A DNA stretch of 64,000 bases, taken from contig CM022675.1 of NCBI GenBank assembly GCA_012295275.1, positions 6,014,001-6,078,000 on the forward strand. The letters run 5' to 3'. Source of the stretch: Chrysomallon squamiferum (Eukaryota > Animalia > Mollusca). The notes below the pieces were generated by a model, which worked only from the letters and a program-made list of their open reading frames with translations, did no database searches and had not been told where the DNA came from. The position numbers and the translations under genes were made by a program. Below are positions 1 through 14,200 of this stretch, piece after piece (position 1 is the first letter of the stretch; every line of letters begins with the position of its first letter).

Positions 1-847
1 CATTCCTCACTAACAGATTGTTAAACCATTAAAAAAATTTGTAGTAAAACTGATAGTTTACAATTTACCATATATGGATGATGAAGAAGAGGATTCAGAA
101 GTCAATTCTGAAACTGCAGAACTTTCTTTGAATGGCAGCACCACAGACATATTTACCTCTAACTCAGATACTGTACACCAGTCACAGCCACAAATGTCAA
201 GTATCACATCCTCTGAAGTTAGATAATAACACATTATTTCTTTGGAATGTACTTTACTATTTTCATGACCTGGTCTAAACAGACAAAACTGTTAATTTGT
301 ATCTAACAATGCAGATTTTCAATAGATTATTTAATGTCAAACAGTTCTACTCGGAAAAAATGAAAACGTTTTTATTCATTTCTGTTCATTTTACTTCCAC
401 TTTAAAGTACATGCTGACAATTTTATGGTTATAACACCACAGTGAGAAATAAAGAATTAGTTTTATCTCTAAATGTACACACTTTTCTGATTTATGTTCA
501 TAATAAATTATCATTTCAATAAGTTATATGTCCTGTTTTAACACATGAAAACTGTAAAACAAAACACACACTAATTACTGTTTGCTTACAATCATGACCA
601 CTGGAATCATTTTTTTTTTTAATTTACTTTGTTTATTTTAATATTGTAAAGTTGTTTTTATTCTTTGCATCTCCAAAACTGATTGGTTAGCAAACACTAT
701 TAAACTTATTTTTTAATATAGTTATATTTAATAATAACAGATTTCATCAATACTATATACTGTTGTTGTTCCATGTATAGATACAAAACATTTTTCGAAA
801 TTGTTTGTAAGCTGTGGATTTAAGTAAGTTTATTCACCATTTTGCAG

Positions 848-1027
848 ATACCACCAGAACACAGTTAGGGACAAAACCGAATATCAGCACAGTTCAGACT
901 CACCATTTTCCACATTCCACAGGAAGGCAGTTAGGGACAAAATCAAATGTAAATACTACGAAAGTTCAGAACCAGGAGGCCCAATCTCATAAGAAAAATG
1001 TTGTGCAAGGAAATAAAATTAAAGCTA
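848..1027 (+). CDS. Y-type exon with internal duplication (phase 1-1, 180 nt), gene A
   Basis: tttgcag|ATACC...AAAGCTA|gtaagt; open frame DTTRTQLGTKPNISTVQ...QSHKKNVVQGNKIKA. Confidence 0.55.
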
Positions 1028-1104
1028 GTAAGTTAAAAACTGAAAGTCTCTTTTCTATCAGACTCCGAGATCTGAATATACACATATCTGCACACACATA
1101 CACA

Positions 1105-1137
<33 letters not shown>

Positions 1138-1236
1138 ACACAGATTTGTGTCTAAAAGATCATTAAACCATTTAAAATTTTGTTTTTATCATATTTTTAA
1201 TTGTATGTGTACCTCGGTGTATTTGAGAGACTACCA

Positions 1237-1520
1237 GTAAATTTGGAAATATTGGACAAAGTATCATTATTATGTCCTGTAAATATTGAAATACTATACA
1301 AAATATCATAATTGTCTCCAGTAAAATATTGAAATACTATACAAAATATCATTATTGTCTCCAGTAAATATTGAAATACTATACAGAGTATTATTTTTAC
1401 CTCCTTCAAATATTGAAATACTATACAAAGTATCATTATTATGTCCAGTAAATTTTTAAATACAGCACAAAGTATCAGTATTATCACCTGTAAATATTGA
1501 AATGCTATGCAAAGTATACA
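1237..1520. repeat. 42-bp minisatellite (consensus gtaaatattgaaatactatacaaagtatcattattatctcct), ~7 copies
   Basis: Unit starts at 1237, 1279, 1321, 1364, ~1406, 1448, 1490. The same minisatellite with variable copy number lies in the post-Y intron of other units (~2848, 4335, 5800, 7418, 8903, 10333, 12988, 14290, 15678, 45427). Confidence 0.9.
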
Positions 1521-2063
1521 TGGTACAAAAACAATAATAACTATGACATTCATTTCAGTAATTCTAGCAGTAATCCTTGTAAACTGAATCCTAAAAGTTC
1601 TTTTATGACTTCTTGTTATTATGTTGCTTTTAAATATAGGGATAGAACCAGATGTAATAACAGGAATCTATAAAGCTAACATTTCTATTAAAACTGATAC
1701 TTTACTGTTCATCAAATATAGATGATTAAAAACAGGATTCAGAAGAGAATTCTGAAACTTCAGCTTTTTCTTTGACTGGCAGCACCACAGTTGTATTTAC
1801 CTCTAACTCAGATACTGTACACCATTTACAGCCACAAGGGTCAAGTATCAAATCCCGTGAAGTTGATATTTTGATGGGCAGGTCTAAAGGGACAAAATTA
1901 TTACTTACATATGTAAAATGAAGATTTTCAATATATTGTTTATTCCCAAATAGTTCTACTCTGAGAAAAGAAAACATTATTATATATTTCTCTTACAATT
2001 AAAATATGTGGTGACAATCTTATGATTATAACGCTATTGGAGGATATAAAGAAATAGTTTGAT

Positions 2064-2101
<38 letters not shown>

Positions 2102-3632
2102 TATGTGATATATATTGATAATAAATAAACGGTTCAAAAATTTAAATGTCTTGTTTCTTTGACACATGAAAACTGTAAAACAAAACGTACACTAATTACT
2201 GTTTGATTACAATCATGACTACTTTAATTGTTTTTCTATTTACTTTGTTTATTTTAATACTGTAAAGTTTTTTTTTTCTTAGCATCTCCAAAATTGATTA
2301 GTTAGCAAACACTATTAAACATATTTTTTAATATAGTTATATTTAATAATAACAGATTTCATCAATTCTATATACTGTTGTTGTTCCATATATTGATAAA
2401 ACACATTTTTCGCAATTGTTTGTATGCTGTGGATTTAAGTAAGTTTATTCACCATTTTACAGATCCCACCAGAACACAGTTAGGGACAAAACCGAATATC
2501 AGCACAGTTCAGACTCACCATTTTTCCAGGAAGGCAGTTAGGGACAAAATCAAATGTAAATACCACGAAAGTTCAGAACCAGGAGGCCCAATCTCATAAG
2601 AAAAACGTTGTGCAAGGAAATAAAGTTAAAGCTAGTAAGTGAAAAACTGAATGTCTCTTTTCTATCAGACTCTGAGATCTGAACATACACATATCTGCAC
2701 ACACATACACACACACACACACACACACGCACACACATACACACACGTATACAGATTTGTGTCTAAAAGATCAGTAAACCATTTAAAAGTTTGTTTTTAT
2801 CATATTTTCAATTGTATGTGTACCTCGGTGTATTTGAGAGACTACCAGTAAATTTGGAAATATTGGACAAAGTATCATTACTATGTCCTGTAAATATTGA
2901 AATACTATACAAAATATCATTATTGTCTCCAGTAAATATTGAAATACTATACAGAGTATTATTTTTACCTCATGCAAATATTGAAATACTATACAAAGTA
3001 TCATTTTTATGTCCAGTAAATTTTTAAATACTGCACAAAGTATCAGTATTATCACCTGTAAATATTGAAATGCTATGCAAAGTATACATGGTTCAAAAAC
3101 AATAATAACCATGACATTCATTTCAGTAATTCTAGCAGTAACCCTTGTAAACTGAATCCTAAAAGCTCTTTTATGACTTCTTGTTATTATGTTGCTTTTA
3201 AATATAGCGTTAGAACCAAATGTAATAACAAGAATCTATAAGGCTAACATTTCTATAAAAACTGATACTTTACTGTTCATCAAATATAGATGATTAAAAA
3301 GATAATTTAGAAGAGAATTCTGAAACTGCAGCTCTTTCTTTGACTGGCAGCACCACAGTTGTATTTACCTCTAACTCAGATACTGTACACCATTTACAGC
3401 CACAAGGGTCAAGTATCAAATCCCGTGAAGTTGATATTTTGATGGGCAGGTCTAAAGGGACAAAATTATTACTTACATATGTAATAATGAAGATTTTCAA
3501 TATATTGTTTATTCCCAAATAGTTCTACTCTGAGAAAAGAAAAAATTATTATATATTTCTCTTACAGTTAAAATGTGTGGTGACAATCTTATGATTATAA
3601 CGCTATTGGAGGATATAAAGAATTAGTTTCAT

Positions 3633-3636
<4 letters not shown>

Positions 3637-3696
<60 letters not shown>
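3637..3696. repeat. (CA)n microsatellite
   Basis: Perfect CA run; homologous runs at ~2067-2099 and ~8207-8270. Confidence 0.95.
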
Positions 3697-3698
<2 letters not shown>

Positions 3699-4703
3699 TT
3701 ATGTGATATATATTGATAATAAATAAACGGTTCAAAAATTTAAATGTCTTGTTTCTTTGACACATGAAAACTGTAAAACAAAACGTACACTAATTACTGT
3801 TTGATTACAATCATGACTACTTTAATTGTTTTTCTATTTACTTTGTTTATTTAATACTGTAAAGAACTACTTATTTGTTAGCACCTCGAAAATTAATCAG
3901 TTAACAAACAATATTGAACATATTTTTAATACAGTTATATCTAATAATAACAAATTTTTATTAATAACGTATGGTGGCATTGTTTTATATGTAGATACAT
4001 TTTGTTACTTTAGAAATCATATCTAAGCTGTGCATTTAAGTAAGGTAATTTACGATTTTACAGATTCCGCAAGAGGGCAGTTGGTGACAAAACCGAATGT
4101 CAGCACAGATCAGAATCACCAGGTCTCATCTCATACGAAGAATGTTGTGTCAGGAAAGCCAGTTAAAACTTGTAAGTTAAAAACTCAAAGTTATCTTTTC
4201 TATCAGACTTTGTGATCTGAAGAACAGACAGACACACACACACGCACACATTTCTCACATTATTATACCACTTAAAAGTTCATCATCATATTCTTAATTG
4301 TGTGCACACGTCAATGTTTTTAATAGATTAACAATAAATATTGAAATAATAGACAAAGTATCATTATTATCTGTAGTAAATATTGAAATACTACATGATG
4401 TATCATTATTATCTCCTGTTAACATTGAAACACTACATAAAGTATCATAATTATCGCTAATAAATATTGAAATAAAATCTAAAGTATACATAAAACAACA
4501 ACATCAACAATTGCAGTCGTTTCGCTAATAGTGGCAATAATTACAGTAAAATCAATCATAAATGTTACAAGTTTGCTCTTTTATGACTAACTTTTAATTT
4601 ATTGTTATTATTATGTTACTGTTAAACATATAGATAGAACCAAATGTAACAATAATGATCTATAAGGCTAAGATTTGTATTAAAACTCATTTTTGTTTTT
4701 CAG

Positions 4704-4853
4704 TCAATGTGGATGATGAAAAAGAAGATTCAAAAGTCAGCTCTAAAACCACAGATGTTTCTTTGACTGACCACGTCACAGCTGCATCTACTTCTAATTC
4801 AGATACAGAACAGAATTCACAGCCACAGGTGTCAAGAATCACATCTTCCGAAG
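4704..4853 (+). CDS. X-type acidic Ser/Thr-rich exon (phase 1-1, 150 nt), gene A; near-identical copy at 9274-9423
   Basis: ttttcag|TCAATGTGGATGAT...TCCGAAG|gtaatt; open frame NVDDEKEDSKVSSKTTDVSL...SRITSSE. Confidence 0.55.
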
Positions 4854-7800
4854 GTAATTAATAACACAGTAGTTTTCTAAAATGCACTTCACTATTATGA
4901 TGGCGAATTCTAAACAGACAAAATTATTATTTATATATGTAACAACCTATATTTTCAGTATATTGTTTAGTCTCAAACACTTCTAATCTGAAATAAAAGA
5001 CAAATGTGTTATTTATTTCTGTTGCTTTAACTTTCACTTTAAAGTGCATGCTGACAATTTTTTGGTTATAGCACTTTTCGAGGAAATAAAGCATTGGTTT
5101 CATCGGTACACGCAAACATCACAGTTTTCAGATCTACATTGATAATAAATTAACAATTCAAAAAAGTGTTATTTTACTTACACATGTTTGTTTGACACAT
5201 GAAACTGTAAAACAAAACAAACACTAATTACTGTTTGATTGCAATCATGACGACTGGGTTCTTGCATCTACTTTGTCTTTTTAAATACTGTAAAGTAATA
5301 CTTATTTCTTAGCAGCTACAGATAATCAGTTAACAATATTAAACTCTTTTTTAATATAGTTCTATCTCGTAAAAACATCTTTTATTAATACTGTATGCTG
5401 CCATTGTTCTGTGTATAGATCAAAACATTTTCATAAAATCTGCTTCATTTACCATTTTCCAGATTCCACAAGAAGGCAGTTAGGGACAAAATCAAATGTA
5501 AATACCACGAAAGTTCAGAACCAGGAGGCCCAATCTCACAAGAAGAATGTTGTGGACGGAACTAAAGTTAAAACTAGTAAGTTAAAAACTGAACGTTTTC
5601 TTTTCTATCAGATACTGAGATCTGAAAACACACAGACACAAACAAACACACACAGACACAAACAAACACACACACACACACACACACACACAAAGACACG
5701 CAAACATACATACATTCCTCACTAACAGATTAACAAACTATTTAAAAGTTTGTCACTATATTTTTGCTGTGCATACCTCGGTGTTTTTGACATATTACGA
5801 GTAAATAGTATTCAAGGTATCATTATTATCTCCTGTAAATATTGAAATACTATACAAAGTATGATAATTATCTCTAGTAAATATTGAAATACTACACAAA
5901 TTACCACTATTATCTCCTGTAAATATTGAAATACTATACAAAGTATGATTATTATCTCTAGTAAATACTGAAATCCTACACAAGGTACCCCTATTATCTA
6001 TTGTAAATATTGAAATACTATGCATAGTATACGTAAAACAAAAAGAACAACAACAACAGCTATGGCATTCACTTCTGTAATAGTAGCAGTGATTATAGTA
6101 AAATCAATCTTAAATGTCACAAGTGTGATCTTTTATGACAAACTTTTAAATGTTTTCCCATTATGTTGCTTTTAAACATATCGATAGAACCAAATGCAGT
6201 AATAACAATCTACACGACCAAGATTTGTAGTAAAATTGATACTTTCCCGTTCACCAAATATGGATGATTGAAAAGAGGATTCAGAAGTCAATTCTTAAAC
6301 TGCAGCTCTTTCTTTGACTGGCTGCACCAGAGCTATATTTACCTATGACTCAGATACTGTACACCAGTCACACCCACACATGTCAAGTACCACAACTATG
6401 AAGCTAATAAATAACACTTTATTTCCTTGGAAGGTAGTTTACTATCTTGATGAGCTGGTCTAAACAGACAAAATTATTAATTCTTATTTGACAATGCAGA
6501 TTTTTCAATCGTTTATTTAATGTCAAACAGTTCTACTCGGAAAAAAGACAAAGCTATTATTCATTTCTGTTGAGTTTACTTCCACTTTAAAGTACATGCT
6601 GACAATTTTATGGTTATAACACCACAGTGAGAAATAAAGAATTAGTTTTATCTCTAAATGTACACACTTTTCTGATTTATGTTCATAATAAATTATCATT
6701 TCAATAAGTTATATGTCCTTTTTTAACACATGAAAACTGTAAAACAAAACACACACTAATTACTGTTTGCTTACAATCATCACCACTTTAATAATTTTTT
6801 TTTTATTTACTTTGTTTATTTTAATACTGTAAAGTTGTTTTTATTCTAAGCATCTCCAAAACTGATTAGTTAGCAAACACTATTAAATTTATTTTTAAAT
6901 ATAGTTATATTTAATAATAACAGATTTCATCAATACTATATATATACTCTTGTTGTTCCATGTATAGATACAAAACATTTTTCGAAATTGTTTGTAAGCT
7001 GTGGATTTAAGTAAGTTTATTCACCATTTTACAGATCCCACCAGAACACAGTTATGGACAAAACCGAATATCAGCACAGTTCAGACTCACCATTTTACAG
7101 GAAGGCAGTTAGGGACAAAATCAAATGTAAATACCACGAAAGTTCAGAACCAGGAGGCCCAATCTCATAAAAAAAATGTTGTGCAAGAAAATAAAGTTAA
7201 AGCTAGTAAGTTAAAAACTGAAAGTCTCTTTTCTGTCAGACTCTGAGATCTGAACATACACATATCTGCACACACATACACAGACACACACACACGCTCA
7301 CACACACACACACTCACGTACACAGATTTGTGTCTAAAAGATCATTAAACCATTTAAAAGTTTGTTTTTATCATATTTTTAATTGTATGTGTACCTCGGT
7401 GTATTTGATATATTACCAGTAAATTTTGAAATATTGCACAAAGTATCATTATTATGTCCTGTAAATATTGAAATACTATACAAAATATCATTATTGTCTC
7501 CAGTAAATATTGAAATACTATACAGAGTATTATTTTTGCCTCCTTCAAATATTGAAATACTATACAAAGTATCATTATTATGTCCAGTAAATTTTTAAAT
7601 ACTGCACAAAGTATCAGTATTATCACCTGTAAATATTGAAATGCTATGCAAAGTATACATGGTACAAAAACAATAATAACCATGACATTCATTTCAGTAA
7701 TTCTAGCAGTAATCCTTGTAAACTGAATCCTAAAAGCTCTTTTATGACTTCTTGTTATTATGTTGCTTTTAAATATAGGCATAGAACCAAATGTAATAAC

Positions 7801-8204
7801 AGGAATCTATAAGGCGAACATTTCTATTAAAACTGATACTTTACTGTTCATCAAATATGGATGATTAAAAACAGGATTCAGAAGAGAATTCTGAAACTGC
7901 AGATTTTTTTTTTGACTGGCAGCACCACAATTGTATTTACCTCTAACTCAGATACTGTACACCATTTACAGCCACAAGGGTCAAGTATCAAATCCCGTGA
8001 AGTTGATATTTTGATGGGCAGGTCTAAAGGGACAAAATTATTACTTATATATGTAATAATGAAGATTTTCAATATATTGTTTATTCCCAAATAGTTCTAC
8101 TGTGAGAAAAGACAAAATTATTATATATTTCTGTTACAATTAAAATGTGTGGTGACAATCTTATGATTATAACGCTATTGGAGGAAATAGAGAATTAGTT
8201 TGAT

Positions 8205-8259
<55 letters not shown>

Positions 8260-11200
8260 TACACACACACTTTATGTGATATATATTGATAATAAATAAA
8301 CGGTTCAAAAATTTAAATGTCTTGTTTCTTTGACACATGAAAACTGTAAAACAAAACGTACACTAATTACTGTTTGATTACAATCATGACTACTTTAATT
8401 GTTTTTCTATTTACTTTGTTTATTTTAATACTGTAAAGAACTACTTATTTGTTAGCACCTCGAAAATTAATCAGTTAACAAACAATATTGAACATATTTT
8501 TAATACAGTTATATCTAATAATAACAACTTTTATTAATAACGTATGGTGGCATTGTTTTATATGTAGATACATTTTTTTACTTTAGAAATCATATCTAAT
8601 CTGTGCATTTAAGTAAGGTAATTTATGATTTTACAGATTCCGCAAGAAGACAGTTGGTGACAAAACCGAATGTCAGCACAGATCAGAATCACCAGGCCTC
8701 TTCTCGTAAGAAGAATGTTGTGTCAGGAAAGCCAGTTAAAACTTGTAAGTTAAAAACTGAAAGTTTTCTTTTCTATCAGACTTTGTGATCTGAAGAACAG
8801 ACAGACACACACACACACATTTCTCACATTATTATACCACTTAAAAGTTCATCATCATATTCTTAATTGTGTGCACACGTCAATGTTTTTAATAGATTAA
8901 CAATAAATATTGAAATAGAAGACAAAGTATCATTATTATCTGTAGTAAATATTGAAATACTACACAAAGTATCATTATTATCTCCTGTTAACATTGAAAT
9001 ACTGCATAAAGTATCATTATTATCGCTAATAAATATTGAAATAAAATCTAAAGTATACATAAAACAACAACATCAACAATTGCAGTCGTTTCGCTAATAG
9101 TGGCAATAATTACAGTAAAATCAATCATAAATGTTACAAGTTTGCTCTTTTATGACTAACTTTTAATTTATTGTTATTATTATGTTACTGTTAAACATAT
9201 AGATAGAACCAAATGTAACAATAATGATCTATAAGGCTAAGATTTGTATTAAAACTGATTTTTTATTTTTCAGTCAATGTGGATGATGAAAAAGAACATA
9301 CAGAAGTCAGCTCTAAAACCACAGATGTTTCTTTGACTGACCACGTCACAGCTGCATCCACTTCTAATTCAGATACAGAACAGAATTCACAGCCACAGGT
9401 GTCAAGAATCACATCTTCCGAAGGTAATTAATAACACAGTAGTTTTCTACAATGCACTTCACTATTTTGATGGCGAGTTCTAAACAGACAAAATTATTAT
9501 TTATATATGTAACAACCTATGTTTTCAATATATTATTTAGTTTCAAACAGTTCTAATCTGACAAAAGACAAAGATATTATTTATTTCTGTTGCTTTGACT
9601 TTAAAGTATATGCTGACAATTGTTTCGTTATAGCACTTTTGGAGGAAATAAAGAATTTCATTCATCTGTACACACGCACGTCACAGTTTTCACATCTACA
9701 TCGATAATAAATTAACAATTCAAAAAGTGCTATTTACTATTTGTTTGACACATGAAACAGTAAAATAAAACATACACTAATTACTGTTTGATTGCAATCA
9801 TGACGACTGTGTTCTTGTATGTACTTTGTCTTTTTTAATACTCTAAAGTAATACTTATTTCTTAGCGGGCGACAAATAGTCAGTTAACAATATAAAACAC
9901 TTTCTAAATATAGTTATATCTGGCAATAACATCTTTTATTAATGCTATATGTTGCCATTGTTCTGTGTATAGATAAAAACATTTTCGTAAAATCCTCTTC
10001 ATTTACCATTTTCCAGATTCGATAAGAAGGCAGTTAGGGACAAAATCAAATGTAAATACCACGAAAGTTCAGAACCAGGAGGCCCAATCTCACAATAAGA
10101 ATGTTGTGGACGGAACTAAAGTTAAAACTAGTAAGTTAAAAACTGAACATTTTCTTTTCCATCAGACACTTAGATCTGAAAACAAACAGACATAAACACA
10201 CACAAACACACACACATACACACAAAGACACACAGACATGCATACATTCCTCACTAACAGATTATTAAAGCATTTAAAGGTTTTCAATTATATTTTTGGT
10301 GTGCATACCTCGGTGTTTTTGATACATTACCAGTAAATATTGAAATACTAAAGAAGGTATCATTATGATCTCTAGTAAACGTTGAAATACTACTCTAAAT
10401 ACTACTATTATCTATTGTAAATATTGAAATACTCTGCATAATATACTCAAAACAACAAGAACAACAACAAGAACTATGCCATCATTTTGGTAATAGTAGG
10501 AGTAATTATAGTAAAATCAATCATAAATGTCACAAGTATGATCTTTTATGAGAAACTTTTGATATTTTCGCATTATATTGCTTTTAAACATATCGATAGA
10601 ACCAAATGTAAAAATAACAATCTACCGTCTAAGATTTGTAGTAAAACTGATAGTTTACAATTTACCATATATGGATGATGAAAAAGAGGATTCAGAAGTC
10701 AATTCTTAAACTGTAGCACTTTCTTTGACTGGCAGCACCACAGATATATTTACCTCTAACTCGGATACGGTGCACCAGTCACATCCACAAATGTCAAGTA
10801 TCACATCCTATGAAGTTAGTTAATAATAACACATTATTTCTTTGGAATGAAGTTTACTGTTTTGATGGGCTGGTCTAAAGAAACAAAATTGTTAATTGTT
10901 ATCTAACAATGAAGATTTTCAATAGATTATGTAATGTCAAATAGTTCTACTCGGAAAAAAGACAAAGTTATTATTCATTTCTGTTGCTTTTACTTTCACT
11001 TTAAAGTGTATGCCGACAATTTTATGGTTATAAAACTACAGTGAGAAATAAAGAATTAGTTTTATCTCTAAATGCACACACTTTTCTGATTTATATTGAT
11101 AATAAATTATCAATTGAAAAAGTTATATGTACTTTTTAGATTCATGAAAACTGTAAAACAAAACACACACTAATTACTGTTTGCTTACAATCATGACGAC

Positions 11201-14200
11201 TGTAATAATTTTTTTATTTACATTGTTTATTTGAAACATTTTTTAATATAGTTATATGTAATAATAACAGATTTCATAAATACTGTATACAGCTGTTGTT
11301 CCATATATACCAAAGAAACATTTTTGGAAATTGTTTGTAAGGTGTGGATTTAAGTAAATTTATTCACCATTTTACAGATCCCACAAGAACACAGTTAGTA
11401 AGAAAACCGAATATCAGCACAGTTCAGACTCATCGAACCCAATCTCATAAGAAAAATGTTGTGCAAGGAGCTAGTAAGTTAATAATTGAATTTTTTTTTT
11501 ATATCAGACTCTGAGATCTGAACACACACATCACACACAGACATACACACAAGACGCACACACAGTTCTGACTAAAAGATTATTAAACCACTTAAAATTT
11601 GTTCATCATATTTTTGATTGTGTGCGTACCTCGGTGTATTTGAAATATTGCACAAATCTACTATATATATTGAAATACTATACAAAGTATATACACAGAA
11701 CAACGACAACAACAACAATGGCAGTCATTTTGGTAATAGTAGGAGTAATTATAGAGAAGTCAAACATAGATGTTGGAAGTTTACTCTTTTATGACTTTTA
11801 ATTTTTGTTTTTGTTATTATGTTATCAATAATTTTTTGTTGTTATAATGGTACCTTTAAATATATCGACAGAACCAAATGTAACAATAAAAATCTATAAG
11901 GCTAAGACTTGTGTTAAAACTGATATTTTACTGTTCAGTAAATACTGCTGATGAAAAAGAAGATTCAAAAGTCAGTTCTAAAACCAGAGCTGTTTCTTTC
12001 TCTGGGAACAAACTTTCTTCTAGCGCTGATACTGTACACCATTCACAGCCACAAATGTCAAGTATCACAACTTGTGAAGGTAATTAATAACACAGTCGTT
12101 TTCTACAATGTACTTTTCTATTTTGATGGGCAGTTCTAAACAGACAAAATTATTATTTATATATTTAGCAATGTATATTTTCAATATATCATTTAGTTTG
12201 AAACAGTTCTTCTAAGACAAAAGACAAATTTGTTATTTATTTCTGTTGCTTTTACTTTCACTTTCAAGTGTATGCTGAAAACGTTGTGTTTGTAACGCTA
12301 TTGGAAGAAATAAAGAATTAGTTTGATCTGTACACACACAGTTTTCTGATTTACATTGATAATAAATTAACAATTCAAAAAGTGTTATTTCCTATTTGTT
12401 TGACACATGAAACTGTAAAATAAAAGATAAACAAATTACTGTTTGATTGCAATCATAACGACTGTGTTCTTGCATCTACTTTGTCTTTTGTAATACTCTA
12501 AAGTAATACTTATTTCTTAGCGGCGATAAATAATCAGTTAACAATATAAAACACTTTTTTTATTATGGTTATATCTGGTAATAACATCTTTTATTAATAC
12601 TATATGTTGCCATTGTTCTGTGAATAGATAAAAACATTTTCGTAAAATCCTCTTCATTTACCATTTTCCAGATTCGATAAGAAGGCAGTTAGGGACAAAA
12701 TCAAATGTAAATACAACGAAAGTTCAAAACCAGGAGGCCCAATCTCACAATAAGAATGTTGTGCACGGAACTAAAGTTAAAACTAGTAAGTTAAAAACTG
12801 AACATTTTCTTTTCCATCAGACACTTAGATCTGAAAACAAACAGACATAAACACACACAAACACACACACATACACACAAAGACACACAGACATGCATAC
12901 ATTCCTCACTAACAGATTATTAAAGCATTTAAAGGTTTTCAATTATATTTTTGGTGTGCATACCTCGGTGTTTTTGATACATTACCAGTAAATATTGAAA
13001 TACTAAAGAAGATATGATTATTATCTCTAGTAAACGTTGAAATACTACACTAAATACTACTATTATCTATTGTAAATATTGAAATACTCTGCATAGTATA
13101 CTCAAAACAACAAGAACAACAACAACAACTATGCCAACATTTTAGTAATGGTAGCAGTAATTACAGTAAAATCAATCATAAATATCAGAAGTGTGATCTT
13201 TTATGAGAAACTTTTGATATTTTCCCATTTTGTTGCTTTTAAACATATCGATAGAACCAAATGTAAAAATAGCAATCTACCGTCTAAGATTTGTAGTAAA
13301 ACTGATAGTTTACAATTTACCATATATGGATGATGAAGAAGAGGATTCAGAAGTCAATTCTGAAACTGTAGCACTTTCTTTGACTGGCAGCACCACAGAT
13401 ATATTTACCTCTAACTCAGATACGGTGCACCAGTCACAGCCACAAATGTCAAGTATCACATCCTATGAAGTTAGTTAATAACACATTATTTCTTTGGAAT
13501 GAAGTTTACTGTTTTGATGTGCTGGTCTAAAGAAACAAAATTGTTAATTGTTATCTAACAATGAAGATTTTCAATAGATTATTTAATGTCAAATAGTTCT
13601 ACTCGGAAAAAATACAAAGTTATTATTCATTTCTGTTGCTTTTATTTTCACTTTAAAGTGTATGCCGACAATTTTATGGTTATAAAACTACAGTGAGAAA
13701 TAAAGAATTAGTTTTATCTCTAAATGCACACACTTTTCTGATTTATATTGATAATAAATTATCAATTGAAAAAGTTATATGTACTTTTTAGATTCATGAA
13801 AACTGTAAAACAAAACACACACTAATTACTGTTTGCTTACAATCATCAACACTGTAATACTTTTTTTGATTTACATTGTATATTTGAAACATTTTTTAAT
13901 ATAGCTATATTAATAATAACAGATTTCATAAATACTGTATACAGCTGTTGCTCCATATATACCAAAGAAACATTTTTGGAAATTGTTTGTAAGGTGTAGA
14001 TTTAAGTAAATTTATTCACCATTTTACAGATCCCACAAGAACACAGTTAGTAAGAAAACCGAATATCAGCACAGTTCAGACTCAACGAACCCAATCTCAT
14101 AAGAAAAATGTTGTGCAAGGAGCTAGTAAGTTAATAATTGAATTTTTTTTTTATATCAGACTCTGAGATCTGAACACACACACAGACATACACACACAGA

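Noticed and set aside
1237-1520. CRISPR-like regular repeats
   Set aside because: Head-to-tail units without unique spacers, no cas genes, eukaryotic context.
1197-1553. Hydrophobic repetitive minus-strand ORFs (ILCIVFQYL repeats; also 2783-3121, 7354-7782, 15665-15907)
   Set aside because: They are translations of the 42-bp intronic minisatellite (14 codons); frame is not conserved between copies.
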